The notes beneath the pieces were generated by a model. The model did not search any database and was not told the DNA's origin. It saw only the letters and a list, made by a program, of their open reading frames with translations. A program made the position numbers and the translations under genes. Source: a virus (taxonomy: Duplodnaviria; Caudoviricetes). Taken from it: a stretch of 61,728 nucleotides of DNA. Every line of letters starts with the position of its first letter. The first letter of the stretch is position 1. The stretch spans positions 1-61,728 of the IMG/VR virus record IMGVR_UViG_3300035661_000068; one strand, given 5' to 3'. Shown piece by piece: positions 1 to 8,788 of the stretch.

Positions 1-512
1 GCCGCCGCCGCCCTCGCCGCCCTCGCCCCCGCCGCCGCCCTCGCCTCCGCCCACTCATTACCGCCGACCACGTCACCCGCGATCTCACGATCGATGAGAC
101 GACGGACCTGTTCGACCGCCGCGATGACGTCAGGATAGCCTTCCGCGACCACGGCAAGACCGCCGTCCACGACCGGCGTCAGCAACCAAGCCTTGAACCG
201 CCACAACACCGTCCGCTGGTCCGCCTCTGTCATCCCGACGGGGAAGGCTTGCAAGAATTCCAGCGGGAACGTCATGGCCTGGCCGTTCGGTAATCCTTCA
301 AAGATTCCGTCTTCAAGGTGAGCGAATTCCTCCAGGATGCCGAGTTCTGTGGGATAGAGAGAGTGCTGGTATGCCTCCAGGGTGCAGCCGACGGCGCAGC
401 CTTTGCCCCGTTCCCACCCAGTGCCCTGGACGAGTTCGTCGGCCTGGGCGTGGCGGATCAGCCGGTCGGTGTACAGTTGTTTAATCGCTGGGTCGTTGTG
501 GAAAGCTTGCAT
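1..512 (-). CDS. Partial hypothetical phage protein with Ala-rich C-terminal repeats (copy 1, runs off window start)
   Basis: ATG at 512 translates MQAFHNDPAIKQLYTDRLIRHAQADELVQGTGWERGKGCAVGCTL...EWAEARAAAGARAARAAA; near-identical to 61094..61684. Confidence 0.85.
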   Translation of the reverse strand, partial: MQAFHNDPAIKQLYTDRLIRHAQADELVQGTGWERGKGCAVGCTLEAYQHSLYPTELGILEEFAHLEDGIFEGLPNGQAMTFPLEFLQAFPVGMTEADQRTVLWRFKAWLLTPVVDGGLAVVAEGYPDVIAAVEQVRRLIDREIAGDVVGGNEWAEARAAAGARAARAAA

Positions 513-556
513 TGGGGCTCCTGGGTTGTCAGTTAGATGGACTGGATGGATATTTG
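66..556. repeat. Imperfect direct repeat, copy 1 (pairs with 61238-61728)
   Basis: Collinear without indels at offset 61172; about 25 mismatches in 491 bp by manual count. Confidence 0.95.
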
Positions 557-637
557 GGAATAATCATCACGCCGCAGGTGAAGTGTTGGGCAAAGAATTC
601 CTGCATAAAAATAGGACGATCCGGTGTACCTGTGTCA

Positions 638-1528
638 TCAGTTTCCTTTCTTAGCAACCAAGTAATCGACGCCGCTGTATCGCCTCAGTATCTCTTGCAA
701 GTCAACGCGAGTCCGGTTCTCACCCGGCAGCATCGATCGGTAACTCTGGTATCCCGGCACCAACCCCCTGGTCGCACCGCTCGCTCGCAACTGATGCTCG
801 GTCGGTGTAAAATGGCCGTGCCGGACACAGTCGTCGTGGCGGATCTGGGCACGCTCGAACGTCGAGTCCTTCGTGGGCGAGTTGTAGCTGCACCACGCGG
901 CCCTCGCGGTCGACCAGATGAGCGACTCTTTGACTGCCTCGACTGTTCCTACCGGGACGTGATCATCGACGAACGGCATGTGCCATTCACCTTCCCGCAG
1001 CGTCTGAGGCACGCTCTGACTGTAAAGTCTGAGCATCGTGATCGCGAGCCGCTGAATGTTCTGATCGGCGTTCTCGTCACACCGCTGAGCCCAGAAGTTG
1101 ACCAGTTGGTCGCGGCCCATGGTGAGGACACCCGTGATCCACCCCCACGGCTCATTGTAGCGGTTCGGGATCGCCTTGTGAGGGTTGAACCGCCGCACCA
1201 TCTCGTCGGTCCAGCGTCGCTGATCATGGAACCGTTCTTCGATGTAGCTGCGAAGCTCTGGTTCGTCATCGACGACCTCACCGGCCTGCATGCCCGAGAC
1301 GTTCTTGCCAAGGTGGAGGTGGCTCGCTGGATCCTGAGCGATCCACTCGTTCATCCGCTCGTACGGGATCGCCCGTGAGCTGCTGTAGTTCCGGCTCCAC
1401 CGGTGCGTCATGACTTCCGCGTGGATCATCCGTTCGTACGTCGCGAGCCACGTGATCGCCTCTTTGCCTTCGGCGATGGAGTGTTTCAGGATCCTGGCAT
1501 AAAAGTTGCCCGTGCTGTACTCTAGCAT
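638..1528 (-). CDS. thyX: Flavin-dependent thymidylate synthase (ThyX/Thy1, phage type)
   Basis: HAEVMTHRWSRNYSSSRAIP variant of the RHRxxSxxxxSxR motif; NR..EPW and H.TPTEHQ motifs. Confidence 0.85.
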   Translation of the reverse strand: MLEYSTGNFYARILKHSIAEGKEAITWLATYERMIHAEVMTHRWSRNYSSSRAIPYERMNEWIAQDPASHLHLGKNVSGMQAGEVVDDEPELRSYIEERFHDQRRWTDEMVRRFNPHKAIPNRYNEPWGWITGVLTMGRDQLVNFWAQRCDENADQNIQRLAITMLRLYSQSVPQTLREGEWHMPFVDDHVPVGTVEAVKESLIWSTARAAWCSYNSPTKDSTFERAQIRHDDCVRHGHFTPTEHQLRASGATRGLVPGYQSYRSMLPGENRTRVDLQEILRRYSGVDYLVAKKGN

Positions 1529-1755
1529 GTCGCCTCACTGGTTAGTTGTTTGTATTCCCTCGTATCGTCGTTCATTCCGACTCCTTCGGAAACTGAGTTG
1601 GTTTAAGTTCAAAGGATCATGTCCGACCTGATCGGTTCAAACTTCATGGTTGTTCTTTCAGAATCTGCGATTTGATCACGACGCTCTAGCGTTCCACCTG
1701 ATTGGTTGGTCGCGAAATACGCCCGCATATCCGATCACTCTGTCGTTTACAATCA

Positions 1756-2202
1756 TCACACATGGATCGCCACGCGTCCAACTCTGAATGTGGGAAAGAA
1801 CGAACCCGAAGGTCCGTACCTCTCATACCTGACGCCGTTTGGGAGAGTCACGTGTTTCTCGTCGTATATCGCGACCTTGATAGCCGTCGGGTCAGAGTGT
1901 TGAAGCAGCACCCACCACGTTTCGTGTCGATCCGTCGCCTTCAGCAGTTCTTCCTGCCCCTTCAGCTCCCGAGACTCTTCCCTCGTGGCCCTGCGACGAC
2001 CGGTCTCCGTCAGAACCTGGAACGGTTTGGACTTCCGAAGCTTCCGTAGTCTCGCCTCAAACCACACCGACTCCCTGCCGCTAGTGGAGGTCACGGCGGT
2101 CCTCCGCTCAGGATCGACCGAAACGATCTCGAATTCGCGAGAGTTGCCCTTCCGGTCGACCGAGTAGAGCGTCATGCCGGGCTTGATCGATTCAAACTTC
2201 AT
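1756..2202 (-). CDS. Hypothetical protein
   Basis: ORF; likely start MKFESIKPGM at 2202 with purine-rich RBS. Confidence 0.6.
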   Translation of the reverse strand: MKFESIKPGMTLYSVDRKGNSREFEIVSVDPERRTAVTSTSGRESVWFEARLRKLRKSKPFQVLTETGRRRATREESRELKGQEELLKATDRHETWWVLLQHSDPTAIKVAIYDEKHVTLPNGVRYERYGPSGSFFPTFRVGRVAIHV

Positions 2203-2426
2203 GGCTTTCCTTCTTTGTGAACACCTGAACCTTGACCATCCGCTCCTCCTCAGCACAATCGAGGTCGTACGCATCGTCGATCCATTCGACCACGCACGGC
2301 TCACCGTACTTGCCATCCTTCGGCTAAGACGCGTTGACCATCGATACCCTTAACCTTGAAAGACCAAGGCGTATGTTGAATCATGTCGTTGAATACCCAT
2401 GCCACCTGCCCAACCTCATAGCTCAT
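2192..2426 (-). pseudogene. Small hypothetical gene interrupted by a 1-nt frameshift near 2315-2322
   Basis: MSYEVGQVAWVF...RVLAE in one frame continues as DGKYGEPCVVEWIDDAYD...ESHEV* in the next; fills the gap between neighbours. Confidence 0.45.
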
Positions 2427-2670
2427 CACGATCCTCCGATGGTTCTGAATACTCACAGGGATCACTGGACCCGCGACACATACATGATACCTGACTCGCT
2501 TCGATTGTCAAGCCACATTCCTGACATTCAGTGGAAATGAGCCGGTTAGCCTCGTCGAATGCCTCCCGATGCCGATCGTCGTCGATGACGATTTCGATGA
2601 CGTTCCGAAGCTTCTTTTTTCGGATCACTCCGATAACCGCCAATACGTTTGTATCTTTGCCTTCCGCCAC
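2416..2670 (-). CDS. Hypothetical protein with CxxC motifs
   Basis: ORF, ECQECG...CMC. Confidence 0.5.
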   Translation of the reverse strand: MAEGKDTNVLAVIGVIRKKKLRNVIEIVIDDDRHREAFDEANRLISTECQECGLTIEASQVSCMCRGSSDPCEYSEPSEDRDEL

Positions 2671-2723
2671 TTCTGGCGGTTAGCTCGCCGGTCGCCAGTC
2701 GCATGTTGTGGGCTGATATGTTT

Positions 2724-3218
2724 TCATGATTCGACTTGCTCCCTTCCTTCGCATGTCTTTGGTGGACTTGGATAAATTTCGATCCACTCGCCTCCCTTGC
2801 GACCGTAATTGAGATGGACTCGGGTTGGCCTTGGGGCGATAACGCCGAACCCTTCACCCCCGTTGCGTATCGCCTTCGGATTTTTACACTCGTTGTTATC
2901 AAGGAATTTGCATCCTTGACATATCGTCATTGCTCCCGCTTCTGGCGTGTTGGGATGCACTCTGGAATAGAGTCGAGGGTGTTTCTCAATCAACTTGTTT
3001 CCACAAGGCGTACAAAGCGTAACGATGATATTCTCGGGCTTGTCTGCCCAATTGTGTTCTCGCCATCTCTGGAGCGGCGGGATGATCTTATTTGCGATAT
3101 CGTGGGATTGGTCGGTAGTGCCAACTATACCGCAGCACTGGCAATTGTGGACCGTTTTCGGGTGGGCCAAGGTCTCGCTTAACCTTGGCCAGTGGTCCAT
3201 CTTTTTTGGTTCCATCAT
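2724..3218 (-). CDS. Hypothetical Zn-binding protein
   Basis: CQCCG, CTPC, CQGC motifs; abuts neighbouring gene. Confidence 0.65.
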   Translation of the reverse strand: MMEPKKMDHWPRLSETLAHPKTVHNCQCCGIVGTTDQSHDIANKIIPPLQRWREHNWADKPENIIVTLCTPCGNKLIEKHPRLYSRVHPNTPEAGAMTICQGCKFLDNNECKNPKAIRNGGEGFGVIAPRPTRVHLNYGRKGGEWIEIYPSPPKTCEGREQVES

Positions 3219-3424
3219 CCGAGTGAAGCCCTCACAAAACAGTCCTTGGCCTCAAGTAATTTCCGCAAGCCTGCCGACTTCTCGGGACCATCGGGCAGGT
3301 TCAAGTCCATCGCAGTGGCAAGGTCTCCGATTGGCTTGGAAACCGCCTGTAGATTCTCCGGGAGATGGGCATAGGAGAAGTATTTGAGGATCGGTGAAGG
3401 GCCGAAATTTCTGGGAATGCTCAT
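3215..3424 (-). CDS. Conserved small phage helical protein (HLP...GLRKLLEAKDCFVRA family; possibly Acb2/Tad1-hairpin-like)
   Basis: ILKYFSYAHLPENLQAVSKP...PDGPEKSAGLRKLLEAKDCFVRA is a recognisable widespread phage motif; function inferred only. Confidence 0.7.
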   Translation of the reverse strand: MSIPRNFGPSPILKYFSYAHLPENLQAVSKPIGDLATAMDLNLPDGPEKSAGLRKLLEAKDCFVRASLG

Positions 3425-3642
3425 GATTCTTGCTCCGTTGTGAATTCGATCGGGCCGGAAAATAGGGCTTCGGGATACATTCGTAAGTATGCTTTCACAC
3501 TATCGCCTCCCCACTGTAATTCGTCGCCTTGCCGCTTGATAAAAATCTCGTGCGCATCTCCATCCGGGTAATACTTCCAGTAATATCGTCCAGGCTCAGT
3601 CGGCACGGTCCGCGATAGCAGGATCTTGTGGGGCTGGGTCAT
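3421..3642 (-). CDS. Hypothetical protein
   Basis: Start MTQPHK; ATGA overlaps on both sides; PTEPGRYYW motif. Confidence 0.6.
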   Translation of the reverse strand: MTQPHKILLSRTVPTEPGRYYWKYYPDGDAHEIFIKRQGDELQWGGDSVKAYLRMYPEALFSGPIEFTTEQES

Positions 3643-4298
3643 GCTTCGTCTTTCTCGCCTGTCGCGGGCAGGTTGGCTAGGCTGCGAATTCTCGCCACCA
3701 CATCGGCTGGAATAGGTCCGCCGCCGCACTGGAATGTACTTGTGATCGCATTCAGTGTCGTGTTGCTAAATCCGTCCGTCAGCATCCACGCGAATCTAAT
3801 TAGAATGTCCCTCTCTCGCTCGACCTTTTCGAGACGATCTTGAGTAATCAGCTTTCCGTCATCGTCATACGATTGAATCAACACTTGTTCGTCGATCAAC
3901 TTAATGCCGATCGTCTCACAACCTTCCACCCATGCCCCTGCGTCATGATCATATCGGCGGCAAGTCATCGACCGTTCGTGCAGTGGAGTGCCTTTTCCAT
4001 AGTCTTCAATTTCGGGAATAGTGTAGCTGTCGAAAGGGCCTCCGTATGTGGCTTGAGGAATGCCTTGCTCGTCTTTGATAATCATGAAAAACGGGCGGTT
4101 GGTGATCGGGCAAACTGGTGGAACGGTTCCCTCCCAAAAGCTTAGCACGGCCTCAACCTTGGCCAGCTTGGCGGCGGCTTGCGTGTCGATCTCGATTCCA
4201 TCTTCACAAGCGTTGGTTTCGAGGCACCATTCCCCGACGTTCGGCGAGAACCATGCCCAAAACTTCGCGGGCAGTTCTGGCTTCGGCTGGTCGCTCAC
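3639..4298 (-). CDS. Hypothetical phage protein
   Basis: 219-aa ORF with overlapping start/stop coupling; CPITNRPFFM motif. Confidence 0.7.
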   Translation of the reverse strand: MSDQPKPELPAKFWAWFSPNVGEWCLETNACEDGIEIDTQAAAKLAKVEAVLSFWEGTVPPVCPITNRPFFMIIKDEQGIPQATYGGPFDSYTIPEIEDYGKGTPLHERSMTCRRYDHDAGAWVEGCETIGIKLIDEQVLIQSYDDDGKLITQDRLEKVERERDILIRFAWMLTDGFSNTTLNAITSTFQCGGGPIPADVVARIRSLANLPATGEKDEA

Positions 4299-4708
4299 TT
4301 GTATCCCCCTCTCGCTTCGTTTAATGCCGCTTGGGCTATCCGTAACGCTTGCGTCATCGCCAGAGGCTTGCTAGTTGTCACCGCGTTCACGAGTCTCTGT
4401 AGTGCGTCGTAAAGATCCGGTGCCACTTCGATCAAAAGTGCGTCCGGGTGGTCGATCGTTTGGAACCAATCCGAGTGATGTTCGCGGCCCTTCACGATTT
4501 TGGAATGCTGTTCGGCGCGAATCATGATGTTCGCTCTGTCACCGCCAGTTCTGAATCTGGGAGCTGCCCCTCCCATCCCCCAACGAACAAAATCGACAAC
4601 GGTCAGATCGTATCGTGGTCGTCCACCGCATATCGCTAGTTGCTTGTGCTTCTGGTTTAACTCCCATCGCCAAGGGCCTGGAGTGAATCGCGTAGGTTGC
4701 TCGCTCAC
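4295..4708 (-). CDS. Hypothetical phage protein (TPGPW...APDL family)
   Basis: FTPGPWRW at N-terminus, DALLIEVAPDLYDAL at C-terminus. Confidence 0.7.
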   Translation of the reverse strand: MSEQPTRFTPGPWRWELNQKHKQLAICGGRPRYDLTVVDFVRWGMGGAAPRFRTGGDRANIMIRAEQHSKIVKGREHHSDWFQTIDHPDALLIEVAPDLYDALQRLVNAVTTSKPLAMTQALRIAQAALNEARGGYK

Positions 4709-5334
4709 TTGCTGGCCTCCTGTCGCTTGAATTCTAAGACCCAGACCCACGGGTTTTTATCCCACGATCCGGGGCCGTTGATTTGATTCCAGAGGTTTGC
4801 GTACCAATTAATGCAGGCGTCATCACCGTCGCCGATCGCGTCAATCCAGACGCCTTTGGGGCAACCGTGACTGTCGGGCTTATTGGCTTCCAGCCATCCT
4901 TCGGCCAAGGCTCCGCGATGGTCGATGTCTTGCAATCGTTGCACGCGAACATTGACAATTTCCAGGGTGATCCGGCTGGCCCTTCGCGGCATGTGGATTG
5001 ATGGTTTCCAGGCAAAATCTCTTTGCTCGGAATCATCAAACCAATCCCAGTCTGCGCGATAGGTATACCCATGCTTTGCATGCTCATGATTCTCTGGATG
5101 CTCGCATGGTGCAAATGTCTCGCGAACCCAGAGATGACTTCCGACGTGACCGAATGGGCAGACGATCCCTGGGATTGCGGAATCGCAATATCCGTGAGCG
5201 ACACCATCATCGTCGACCGCAGGACGCACCCAGTCGCGTTGATGTCTAATGGGCCGTCGAAGCTGAGTCTTCTTCCCAGCCAGCAGTGCCTGTATCTCGA
5301 ACCGGCTGAAGTAGATCGGCTTGACAAGACTCAT
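4705..5334 (-). CDS. ASCH/PUA-like phage protein
   Basis: KPIYFS..IQALLAGKKTQLRR, LWVRETF, WKPSIHMPRRASRITLEI, W..NPWVWV. Confidence 0.8.
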   Translation of the reverse strand: MSLVKPIYFSRFEIQALLAGKKTQLRRPIRHQRDWVRPAVDDDGVAHGYCDSAIPGIVCPFGHVGSHLWVRETFAPCEHPENHEHAKHGYTYRADWDWFDDSEQRDFAWKPSIHMPRRASRITLEIVNVRVQRLQDIDHRGALAEGWLEANKPDSHGCPKGVWIDAIGDGDDACINWYANLWNQINGPGSWDKNPWVWVLEFKRQEASK

Positions 5335-5630
5335 ACTGGCAACTCCCTGGTGACGCACTCGTCACACATCACCGCGTCGCCGCTCGACCGTCCACATGCA
5401 CAGCGATCGGTAGAACCTCGTGACGTCAGGATGAACCGTGGGGCTGCAGCGTATCGACCATTGACGATGTCTCGCCAGATCTTAGCGTTATCGCCGTAGA
5501 GCGTGGCGATCACTTCTTTGTTGACGTAAAGGACGACGCGACCATCCTTTTCAAAAACGTACGCCAACACCAAATTGATGTTGACGCCGATCTCTAAACT
5601 CTTGTCATCTTCTTGGAAGTGTACGAACAT
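5331..5630 (-). CDS. Hypothetical protein
   Basis: ORF directly downstream of a consensus promoter, GGAG RBS. Confidence 0.65.
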   Translation of the reverse strand: MFVHFQEDDKSLEIGVNINLVLAYVFEKDGRVVLYVNKEVIATLYGDNAKIWRDIVNGRYAAAPRFILTSRGSTDRCACGRSSGDAVMCDECVTRELPV

Positions 5631-5663
5631 TTTGATCTCCCTGTGTCGTTGTGATCTATTAAC

Positions 5664-5692
5664 ACTTTACCAGCAATGGTTGTGCTTGTCAA
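5664..5692 (-). promoter_or_regulatory. Sigma70-type early promoter
   Basis: TTGACA-17 nt-TAAAGT on the minus strand in an intergenic gap. Confidence 0.7.
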
Positions 5693-6063
5693 TGGGATGG
5701 TGGTTTTTTCTTAGCTCGCTGCTCATCCACGTACTGGGCCGCTTCGAGTAGGCGGTTACCCACGACCTTGGCCCCGTCCCTGGACAGGATGAGATCGTGA
5801 TCACACAGGTGCAGCCGAACCGATTCGCCCGACACCGTCACCCTGAGTCCACCTTCGGAATCGCATTTGGGTGTATGCGTGTAACCGAGATCGACTTCGT
5901 GTGGGCATGACTGGTGAGGAATCCGAATTGCTGTCTTTTTCGCCACAGGATTCCTGACTAGCACGAAGGTGAGGAACGCCAAGAACGCCACCACGACCAC
6001 TGTGGGGCCGAAGTAGTCCGCGACCCTTGAACCGTTGCGGTCGAAGTAATGGTCTGGCTTCAT
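5689..6063 (-). CDS. Hypothetical membrane protein
   Basis: One hydrophobic segment VVVVAFLAFLTFVLV. Confidence 0.6.
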   Translation of the reverse strand: MKPDHYFDRNGSRVADYFGPTVVVVAFLAFLTFVLVRNPVAKKTAIRIPHQSCPHEVDLGYTHTPKCDSEGGLRVTVSGESVRLHLCDHDLILSRDGAKVVGNRLLEAAQYVDEQRAKKKPPSH

Positions 6064-6530
6064 GGGTAAATGTACACGATCTGCTCAACCGTACGAGCGA
6101 ACGCTTCCAGTAGTGGAATTACATCCTGTGTCCTCAAACCGCCATGACCACACCCAAGCATCGGCATCCCGATGGTTAATCCACCGTATCCACGATGCAG
6201 TTTGCTCTGAAGCCTCCCAAGCCCACGTTCAATCCATTCGATCTGGCTTGGATCAGAGAAGTGCCGTTTCGTTGGAAACAGGATGACTCCAGATCTCCAG
6301 TCTTCGATCTCGCTCAGGATGTGTGGCTCGCCGATCGCATGCTTCCCAGACTGGGTGAGGTAGCGGTGCATTTGGTCGATCCCGACGAATCGATTCTTGC
6401 ACTCCAGGGCTAAACCTGCACCCATGACGCCCGGCACGCAGCACGTCGGACACACGACTAGGTCGGTCTCGAAGATCTTGGAGGGTGTTCGCCCTCGTAC
6501 GTGAACGCCAAGCATGATATCTTCCCCCAC
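6060..6530 (-). CDS. Macrodomain protein (DarG/TARG1-like ADP-ribosyl hydrolase)
   Basis: CVPGVMGAGLA...F, ILFPTKRHF..S..EWIE.GL, MPMLGCGHGGL. Confidence 0.85.
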   Translation of the reverse strand: MGEDIMLGVHVRGRTPSKIFETDLVVCPTCCVPGVMGAGLALECKNRFVGIDQMHRYLTQSGKHAIGEPHILSEIEDWRSGVILFPTKRHFSDPSQIEWIERGLGRLQSKLHRGYGGLTIGMPMLGCGHGGLRTQDVIPLLEAFARTVEQIVYIYP

Positions 6531-6979
6531 GTCGATTCGATCATTTCAACAGCATCTTTGGTAAACTGCTCGCATGGCCCATCGCCAAAGATAGGGCATG
6601 TCAAGTGGCGAAACTCTGGACGTTGATTCATTGTACTCGCGAGAGCGGATAAGGCAAGGCCCATCTTCTCACGACTACACCGATCCCGCTGGGTCTCGCG
6701 AACCGGCAACATCGCGACCCAAGCCTTAATCCCATCCGCCGATTCTACCTGGACCAACCTGCACTGGCCCAACGCGAGACCCATCCGGACATTCTCGTCC
6801 CGTATCGCGGTCAGAGATGGGAACTTCCGTTCGATCTGGCCAGCAACGCCCCAGTTCTTCCCCGTGAGACTGATCGTCCACACGATAACATCAAAACCCA
6901 TCGCCCAGATGTCAGCCTTGCCCTTGGGATATCGGGGCACGCCGGTATCCGATCGCTTCTTACGTTTCTTCTTCCTCAT
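6458..6979 (-). CDS. Degenerate macrodomain paralog
   Basis: ADIWAMGFDVIV...WGVAGQIERKFP...LGQC...MLPVR...CPIFGDG follows macrodomain topology with altered motifs. Confidence 0.6.
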   Translation of the reverse strand: MRKKKRKKRSDTGVPRYPKGKADIWAMGFDVIVWTISLTGKNWGVAGQIERKFPSLTAIRDENVRMGLALGQCRLVQVESADGIKAWVAMLPVRETQRDRCSREKMGLALSALASTMNQRPEFRHLTCPIFGDGPCEQFTKDAVEMIESTWGKISCLAFTYEGEHPPRSSRPT

Positions 6980-7155
6980 CTCCACCATCCCCTGAGCCAT
7001 GTCCAGATCGTCTGTTTGTCAAGCTCGTCTTTGAGCTGCTTGACTAGCTCGACCGGAACCTGCTCGCGGTACAGGTAGACCATCAAGATCTCCGTTTCGA
7101 GATAGCCGTCACGATGCTGCCGCAACGCCCGTGTGATTTGTCTTCTGATCGCCAC
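6976..7155 (-). CDS. Small hypothetical protein (59 aa)
   Basis: GTG start, MAIRRQITRALRQHRDGYLETEIL...WWR*, stop overlaps next ATG. Confidence 0.5.
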   Translation of the reverse strand: MAIRRQITRALRQHRDGYLETEILMVYLYREQVPVELVKQLKDELDKQTIWTWLRGWWR

Positions 7156-8728
7156 GCTTGATCCTTTCCATGATGTTTTGAATGTTGATCATGATTTTAC
7201 CCGCCTCACCCTCTGATGCACGAGATAGCTGCTCTCTCAGGGCTCCTAGCTGGGCACGTAACGCGTTCTGATCCACGATGCGTCGAAACGCACCACCACG
7301 CTCTGCCCACTCGTCAGACGGGCTCAGGAGACCCCACAGGTGATCCCGCTGCTCCGTCGGGAGGCCGATCGCCATGTCATCGAGGCTGCCCCACACTCTA
7401 CCTTCGTCGATGAAGCCTTGAAGGTGCTGGATCGTGTCTCGATGCGGCGAATCCTGGGCAGGTTCGTACCGGGTATCGATCAGCGATTCTGGGTGGTTCA
7501 CACAAAGGCTCAGCCACTCCAGGTCCATCAGGTACTGCGTCGCCACCACCTTAGGCGTGACCGGCACATGATAACGGATCGCCTGCTCGGAAACCCCCAG
7601 GGCCTTGCTGAACTGCTTGATCGCCAACTGAACCTTAACTTGGCATTCCAGGCGAGGCGGGACCGTCGACAGGATCTGGGAAAGCTTGGTAGCGGCACGC
7701 TGGCCAGCCTCTGGGATCGAGGCACCGTCGATGAGAAATTCCCTCAGCACGCTCTTCGCTAGATACTCACACGGTTCCTCAGCCGGAAGATTCCAGTCGT
7801 GAATCTCGTCTGGGTCTCCGTGGATCGAGATAATCTTCGCATCGAGCCCAGTCGAGAGGAACACCTGTACGGCCCGTTCGGTGGCTGCAATCCCAGCACG
7901 GTCTCCATCCATGACGAGCCGAGCCTGCTTGTTCATCCGTCTGACCTCCTGGACGTGGTTGGCATTCAATCCAACGCCCATGACCGCCACACCGGCGATG
8001 CCTTTATTCTGAAGCGAGATGACATCGAAGTAGCCCTCGACGATGTACGCGGGTCCATCGATTGATTTGGCCGTATCGATCCCGTAGAGGAGGGTGTCTT
8101 TCTTGAACAGGGCCGTGGTCGGCGTGTTGACGTACTTCGGTCCATCGCGATCAGGAGAGATCCGACCAGCGAATCCAACCGTCCGACCCAGCCAGTCTCG
8201 GATCGGAATCGTGATTCGGTTCAGAAGCCATTCGCGGCCATCCCTCAAAAGACCCGTCTGGGTCGCGAGTTCACGGTCAAGGCCGTCGAGGCAACCTCGA
8301 ACGCACAGCCCGAGACCGAACCGATCAATCGTATCGTGATCGACGCCTCGCGATGCAAGGTAATCGATGGCGCGGCTCGACTTCCACAGCGTTTCGCAGT
8401 ATCGAGATTCGGCTGACCTGCATACGTCGTAGAGGAGTTTTTTCGGAGTCCCGCAAGGCTGCTCCAGTTCGACGCCGGTCTGCTCGGCCAGCATCGTGAC
8501 GGCTTCGATGAAGTCGACCGACTCCATGTGCTGGACAAATGAGATCTGGTCGCCTGAAGCGTTGCACGACCAGCATCGGTATCGACGACCGTCGACCTGC
8601 ATGGATGGACGGTGGTCGGCGTGGAACGGGCACAGGACTTTGCCACGGATGATTGGCGTGTAGCGACTGACCAGCTCGTCGCATGGAAGACGGTCCTTGA
8701 TCAGCTCGATCGATCGTTTCAATTCCAC
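7109..8728 (-). CDS. dnaG: DNA primase (CHC2 zinc finger + TOPRIM)
   Basis: CPFHADHRPS..C..C zinc finger, PKYVNTP, VEGYFDV, MDGDRAG. Confidence 0.95.
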   Translation of the reverse strand: MELKRSIELIKDRLPCDELVSRYTPIIRGKVLCPFHADHRPSMQVDGRRYRCWSCNASGDQISFVQHMESVDFIEAVTMLAEQTGVELEQPCGTPKKLLYDVCRSAESRYCETLWKSSRAIDYLASRGVDHDTIDRFGLGLCVRGCLDGLDRELATQTGLLRDGREWLLNRITIPIRDWLGRTVGFAGRISPDRDGPKYVNTPTTALFKKDTLLYGIDTAKSIDGPAYIVEGYFDVISLQNKGIAGVAVMGVGLNANHVQEVRRMNKQARLVMDGDRAGIAATERAVQVFLSTGLDAKIISIHGDPDEIHDWNLPAEEPCEYLAKSVLREFLIDGASIPEAGQRAATKLSQILSTVPPRLECQVKVQLAIKQFSKALGVSEQAIRYHVPVTPKVVATQYLMDLEWLSLCVNHPESLIDTRYEPAQDSPHRDTIQHLQGFIDEGRVWGSLDDMAIGLPTEQRDHLWGLLSPSDEWAERGGAFRRIVDQNALRAQLGALREQLSRASEGEAGKIMINIQNIMERIKRGDQKTNHTGVAAAS

Positions 8729-8788
8729 CGCAGCACCTCATGATGTTCAGTTCTGGTCGTGACATCATACGGCGGAGGACCAAAAACG

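Noticed and set aside
66-556. Diversity-generating retroelement TR/VR pair with 61238-61728
   Set aside because: Mismatches are not confined to adenines of one copy, many are synonymous, and no reverse transcriptase was seen.
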